Below are positions 16,094 to 20,000 of a DNA stretch of 20,000 bases, in pieces. The notes below the pieces were generated by a model, which saw only the letters and a program-made list of their open reading frames with translations, did no database searches and had not been told where the DNA came from. The stretch is taken from the IMG/VR virus record IMGVR_UViG_3300030426_000047. One strand, written 5' to 3'. Made by a program: the position numbers and the translations under genes. How positions within the stretch are numbered: the first letter of the stretch is position 1; each line of letters starts with the position of its first letter. This DNA comes from an uncultured virus (IMG/VR IMGVR_UViG_3300030426_000047) (lineage: Duplodnaviria; Heunggongvirae; Uroviricota; Caudoviricetes).

Positions 16094-16559
16094 GTCCGAC
16101 TTTCAATTTTGCTTAAATACGCCCCATGAGGTCTTAATACCTTTTTATTATTAAAAATCCAGAACGTCTATACTTCAGTGTGGCATGTCCGACTTCGCGT
16201 CCGACTTTGCCCTTAGAAGTCGGACACAAGAGAGGAGATCGGGAAGATGCCTTTATGCACCAATTGTGGATACCAGGGAAAGGCCAAGCGCATAACGAAA
16301 GGCTCAATTGGAATTGAGATAATCCTCTGGCTACTGATGATATTACCTGGAATTCTATATTCAGTATGGCGCCTGTCCTCAAGATACGACGGATGCCCTA
16401 CCTGCGGTGCCAACAACCTGATACCTCTCAACAGCCCTGTGGCTGATAAGTTTCTAGCATCACTTAAAGTTCCATCCGAAAAAGAAAACAAACGCCCCAA
16501 GGTGGAAGATGATTTAGACGATCAACCAAACGTCTACGTCATAAAATAACGTCAGACTT
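16094..16559. repeat. Dispersed GTC-N-GACTT motif (five copies, intergenic)
   Basis: GTCCGACTT at 16094, 16187, 16199; inverted AAGTCGGAC at 16217; GTCAGACTT at 16551. Confidence 0.7.
16247..16549 (+). CDS. Small membrane protein with CxxC-hydrophobic-CxxC (LITAF-like zinc ribbon)
   Basis: CTNC...IGIEIILWLLMILPGILYSVW...CPTC; GAGGAG RBS. Confidence 0.75.
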   Translation: MPLCTNCGYQGKAKRITKGSIGIEIILWLLMILPGILYSVWRLSSRYDGCPTCGANNLIPLNSPVADKFLASLKVPSEKENKRPKVEDDLDDQPNVYVIK

Positions 16560-16580
16560 CACGTCACTTCGGAGGACAAA

Positions 16581-16847
16581 ATGCAAGATCGAATCAGGAA
16601 AACAATCCCAGTAAACGAAGATCTCACCGTCATCTGCTACGAGGACCCCACCCCAGGCGAAGGCTCATACATCTCCATCAAAAACAACCGACCAGTCCAC
16701 GACATGCCCGGCGAGGTCCTCATCGCCCCAGCCGACACCCCGGCCCTGCTCAAAGCCATCACCGAGGCAACAATCAACTCAGTTCTCATTGACGGCCTCC
16801 GCAGCGACAGACGCTCTTCTTTAGATAGATGGCAACATGAACAATAA
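16581..16847 (+). CDS. Hypothetical protein (88 aa)
   Basis: GGAGG RBS; overlaps the next ORF. Confidence 0.65.
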   Translation: MQDRIRKTIPVNEDLTVICYEDPTPGEGSYISIKNNRPVHDMPGEVLIAPADTPALLKAITEATINSVLIDGLRSDRRSSLDRWQHEQ

Positions 16848-17337
16848 TTACTTAAACATAGCAGCTTATATTGTTCTTTTTGGTTTTAGTTTGCTCTTTG
16901 GTTTTTTAGGTAAACCAACAGAAATGGGTCTTGCAATTCTTGCAGGTTCTCTTGGCTTGGCGTTTTTAAATATCGATAAAATTAAGAGATTTAAAGGCGC
17001 TGGTTTTGAAGCAGAAATGAAAGAAAAACAGCTTAATGCCATAATTCAAAAAGAGACAGAGCCGGTTGAAGAAATTAGCCATGGTTTTACTTGTGAAGCC
17101 TATGGGTCAGACGAGAAAAGTGGAAAGGTGATTAAAGCGCTGCTAAACGAAAGATATACCTGGCGATATCTCGAAGGAATTTCAAAGGAATCTGGTTTGT
17201 CCAGAGAGGAGTCTCTAGAGATTTTAAATTGGCTATATTACAACCAATTAGCGACTCAAATTGTAAGTGATAGTGGCAAGTTATGGAGCTTGACGGCTAA
17301 AGGGAGAAACGTTTTTGCAGCAAGTTATGGAGCTTGA
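16837..17337 (+). CDS. Membrane-anchored winged-helix protein (putative)
   Basis: Two N-terminal hydrophobic segments, a IKRFKGAGFEAE linker, and C-terminal wHTH-like WRYLEGISKESGLSREESLEILNWL...WSLTAKGR. Confidence 0.7.
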   Translation: MNNNYLNIAAYIVLFGFSLLFGFLGKPTEMGLAILAGSLGLAFLNIDKIKRFKGAGFEAEMKEKQLNAIIQKETEPVEEISHGFTCEAYGSDEKSGKVIKALLNERYTWRYLEGISKESGLSREESLEILNWLYYNQLATQIVSDSGKLWSLTAKGRNVFAASYGA

Positions 17338-17363
17338 CGGCTAAAGGGTGAAACGTTTTTGCA
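17276..17363 (+). repeat. 44-bp tandem duplication
   Basis: GCAAGTTATGGAGCTTGACGGCTAAAGGG(A/T)GAAACGTTTTTGCA at 17276-17319 and 17320-17363; 43 of 44 positions identical. Confidence 0.95.
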
Positions 17364-17466
17364 AACTGCTAGATTCTCCACAACACTTATCGACGGCCTT
17401 CGTAGCAGTCAGATCTCGACGCAAGAAAAAACATTGCAAATGTAGCTCTGGCTGGGGAGAGAAAAC

Positions 17467-18084
17467 ATGCCACTCACGATATACGCCCTGGAAAAATTTG
17501 TTGCCCAGGATATTTCGCAGCTTACTGAATGTATCGCAGTTCCGGTAGCTTCGGAATTTCCTGATTCCAGTTCTTGGTTGAAGTTTTTCGTGCTCAATTC
17601 GATATTTAAAATCACTTTACCAAATGACAGAGCCGCCTTTGCTTTCGCCATAATTCGGCGTGCGGAGGGGGCTATCGAGGATTACGAAACAGCCAGGGAA
17701 GCTCTTGTGAGGATTGCAGCCGGTGACAAAAGCATTTCCGTCTACTTCCGATGCCTTCGCCACTTCGAATCGTCGATCGCTTCGCTTTATCAAGCTTTGG
17801 ATTTTATTCGCAAGGCACTGAAGATCAATTTATTCGATCAAGGCGACGACAGCCCTGAGGAAAGACTGAACTTGCTTTACAACCGAAGCAAGCATGCCGC
17901 CCCCGAGAAGCTGCCTGAGGGCCAACTGCATGCGATCTGGATTCGAAAGACGGGGCTATTCACCGATGGAGCAAGTTTGACCTTCGACGAACTACGAAAT
18001 CTAATATGCTTTATTAGTGGCATCGCCGATATGTTTGCAAAGGGAGAATATCCGAACCAACCAAGCAGTTCACCCGACCCCTGA
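17467..18084 (+). CDS. Hypothetical all-helical protein, possible HEPN-like domain
   Basis: 205-aa ORF with GGAG RBS; ERLNLLYNRSKH near the C-terminus resembles the HEPN (R/x)N-x3-H motif. Confidence 0.6.
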   Translation: MPLTIYALEKFVAQDISQLTECIAVPVASEFPDSSSWLKFFVLNSIFKITLPNDRAAFAFAIIRRAEGAIEDYETAREALVRIAAGDKSISVYFRCLRHFESSIASLYQALDFIRKALKINLFDQGDDSPEERLNLLYNRSKHAAPEKLPEGQLHAIWIRKTGLFTDGASLTFDELRNLICFISGIADMFAKGEYPNQPSSSPDP

Positions 18085-18176
18085 ACAAAAGCCATAACGA
18101 AACTGCCCCTGTTCACCGGTATGATTGCTGGCAGAGCATAAAGAACGTCATGATTAATTTTTCTTATGAGGGTTAC

Positions 18177-19112
18177 ATGCTGGATCACAAAAAAAGATGG
18201 ATTTTTTACTACAAAAACTTTCTCAGACCTCGCCCAGATGATGCACCATACACCTCCATGAGGGATATTTTAAACAAGTTACAAAGCCGCTGTGATCAAG
18301 GTGAGTGCGTAAAATTACTTGAAAATAATACAGCAGCAATCAGATTAAAGGAAATAATCATCGACGATATAAACCAGATCGCCGTATTATTATTTCAATA
18401 TAGTGATACAAAAATATCGGATCCAGCTTTTGTTGACCTTGAGAAAGGGACACTTCGCGTAGAACCAAAGCTGGAAGGTGAGGGTGTGGCAATTTCAGCT
18501 CATATGGTTTTATCTCTGAAACCGGAACACATTCGGGGCGCTACTTATCTGACACTGCTGGAAGATGTCCCTGGTATTGGAAAAACCAAAATTGAACCTT
18601 TTTTAACTTCTGAATTTAAGGCAGTATTTGATGATCGTTACCCGAACTATGAGGGGAAGTATGTCAAATACAGACCTACCTTTGAAATGAATGGTTATCT
18701 GGCTGAATCACTTAAAGATGGGCTAGACAAGGGATACATAAATGGATTTGAACTCAAAAAATTTTCTCATGTTGATGGTGGTCTTGATGAGGAAGGATAT
18801 GTTAAAGTTGAATCTCACGCAGTCAAACTGAAGACAGTAAGAAAATTCGAGGGTGATGAGGCGATTGGTGTTATTAACAGGATGAAAGAGCGAGCTAAAA
18901 GATTAAATTATTCTGAATTGGTAGTACAGTATCAAAGGAAAGAGGGTAAATCAAAATCAATCCCAGTATCTACTGCCAGGGAAGATGCAGGAGATGCTCT
19001 CTTTTCCAAATTCGAAATCATTAGTGTTCTAGAGCCATTACCTCAATGTTTGTCAGAGATCAGGAAAGAAGTAGCCAGCAAAATGTCCGCCTTGCTTATT
19101 GACTCACGTTAA
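18177..19112 (+). CDS. Soluble accessory protein, candidate sensor of a two-gene anti-phage system
   Basis: Long AT-rich ORF without TM segments. ATG 18177 behind GAGGG preferred over 18150. Its stop lies 15 nt before the ATG of a multi-TM gene. Confidence 0.7.
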   Translation: MLDHKKRWIFYYKNFLRPRPDDAPYTSMRDILNKLQSRCDQGECVKLLENNTAAIRLKEIIIDDINQIAVLLFQYSDTKISDPAFVDLEKGTLRVEPKLEGEGVAISAHMVLSLKPEHIRGATYLTLLEDVPGIGKTKIEPFLTSEFKAVFDDRYPNYEGKYVKYRPTFEMNGYLAESLKDGLDKGYINGFELKKFSHVDGGLDEEGYVKVESHAVKLKTVRKFEGDEAIGVINRMKERAKRLNYSELVVQYQRKEGKSKSIPVSTAREDAGDALFSKFEIISVLEPLPQCLSEIRKEVASKMSALLIDSR

Positions 19113-19127
19113 AATCCAGGAGTGTAT

Positions 19128-19727
19128 ATGAATGCTTTATCCCGATTGCTTCGCCCTTTGGATTACATGCGGATCAGACATCCTGAAAAGCTAAGCTATG
19201 ATTTTATTATTCCAGCCATATTAACCGCTTTAATTGTCGCTTTGTTGCTGCTTTTGCCAAAGCCAGTGCAACTATCGGGAAAAGATGGATTGTTCGCTGC
19301 CATAGTCGGTTTGCTACAGATTTTAACAGGATTTTATATCGCATCACTGGCCGCAATAGCCACATTCAAAAAAGAGGGTATGGATCAAACGATGCCCGGC
19401 GATCCTCCTACTCTTAAGACCAGTTTCAGGGGGAAAATCAGGATCGATCAACTAACAAGAAGACGCTTTTTATGTCTCATGTTTGGGTACTTAGCCTTTG
19501 TGAGCGTGTTTCTGTATTTTGTAGGAAATGGAGCTCTGTTGGTGAGTGACAATTTGAAGCTTGTTATTTCTGCTAAGTTATACCCGATTGTAAAATGGAG
19601 TTGTGTTACTGCTTATTTGTTCATCACATCGAACCTAATCATTACCACGTTATTAGGTCTATATTATATGGTCGACAGAATTCATCGCAATGAGGGTAGC
19701 ATTGAGGGTGGCCAAGACATCGACTGA
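19128..19727 (+). CDS. Integral membrane protein (~4 TM), candidate effector
   Basis: AGGAG RBS; hydrophobic segments FIIPAILTALIVALLLLL, LFAAIVGLLQILTGFYIASLAAIATF, FLCLMFGYLAFVSVFLYFV, AYLFITSNLIITTLLGLYYMV. Confidence 0.75.
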   Translation: MNALSRLLRPLDYMRIRHPEKLSYDFIIPAILTALIVALLLLLPKPVQLSGKDGLFAAIVGLLQILTGFYIASLAAIATFKKEGMDQTMPGDPPTLKTSFRGKIRIDQLTRRRFLCLMFGYLAFVSVFLYFVGNGALLVSDNLKLVISAKLYPIVKWSCVTAYLFITSNLIITTLLGLYYMVDRIHRNEGSIEGGQDID

Positions 19728-19728
19728 T

Positions 19729-19924
19729 GGTTTCAAACCTTGCGACATATTTCATTAATAAGCAGTCATTTTTGAAAATATGGTCCCAACAGACTTTTTT
19801 TAAAGTTTAGTCTGAAATTATTTGAAAAAAACAAACCATTTCAAAAGCATCACCAACTTTTTTCAAACAAATTCACTCTTGTTTCCTTTGTCTCTCTAGG
19901 TTTCATACCTTGGACCCCCCTACA
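19729..19924 (-). promoter_or_regulatory. Putative prophage left end (attL) with transposase-binding repeats
   Basis: GGTTTCAAACCTTG (19729-19742) and GGTTTCATACCTTG (19899-19912), 13 of 14 identical; terminal TACA at 19921-19924; AT-rich spacer with further TTTCA(A) motifs. Confidence 0.7.
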
Positions 19925-20000
19925 GAAACAGCAACAGCGCAGTGATTTGCGCGACTTTTAGCATCAGGAAAATAGGTTAGCGATCTTTGGAGAAGGCTTG

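Larger units (their letters stand above)
1..19924 (-). mobile_element. Mu-like (transposable) prophage, left portion; continues beyond position 1
   Basis: Mu-like gene order: repressor / ner / transposase A / ATPase B / DUF3164 / gemA / mor / lysis / terS / terL / portal / gpF / gpG. Candidate end ...CCCCCTACA at 19924 (5'-TGTA on the - strand) with a repeated subterminal motif. Confidence 0.95.

Noticed and set aside
16094..16570. GTCCGACTT repeats as a mini-CRISPR or integron attC array
   Set aside because: Units are only 9-11 bp, irregularly spaced and in mixed orientation.
17276..17363. 44-bp repeat as a CRISPR array or DGR template/variable repeat pair
   Set aside because: Only two abutting copies with no spacer, a single mismatch, and no cas or reverse transcriptase gene in the window.
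19925..20000. Host flank annotation or host taxonomy
   Set aside because: Only 76 bp; too short to call a gene or identify the host.

Overview
Nearly the whole window (1 to ~19924) is the left (repressor-proximal) part of a Mu-like transposable prophage, lying in reverse orientation. From the putative terminus at ~19924 inward, it starts with an AT-rich accessory block on the + strand (16247-19727). That block holds a LITAF-like Zn/membrane protein, a membrane-anchored wHTH protein, a HEPN-like protein, and a soluble + multi-TM gene pair with RexAB/Kiwa-like architecture. Next come a repressor (+) and a divergent Ner/Cro-like gene (-). A long - strand operon follows: CII-like protein, MuA-like DDE transposase, MuB-like AAA+ ATPase, DUF3164, several small Cys-rich ORFs, GemA and Mor. 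The late genes come last: lytic transglycosylase, holin-like protein, TraR/DksA, terminase small and large subunits, portal, gpF and a partial gpG. The most notable non-coding element is a type II hammerhead ribozyme (8305-8363, - strand) with a compensatory U3-A8 core variant (UUGAAAA instead of CUGAUGA), lying between two early-operon genes. All assignments come from reading motifs and gene order by eye; no database searches were run.
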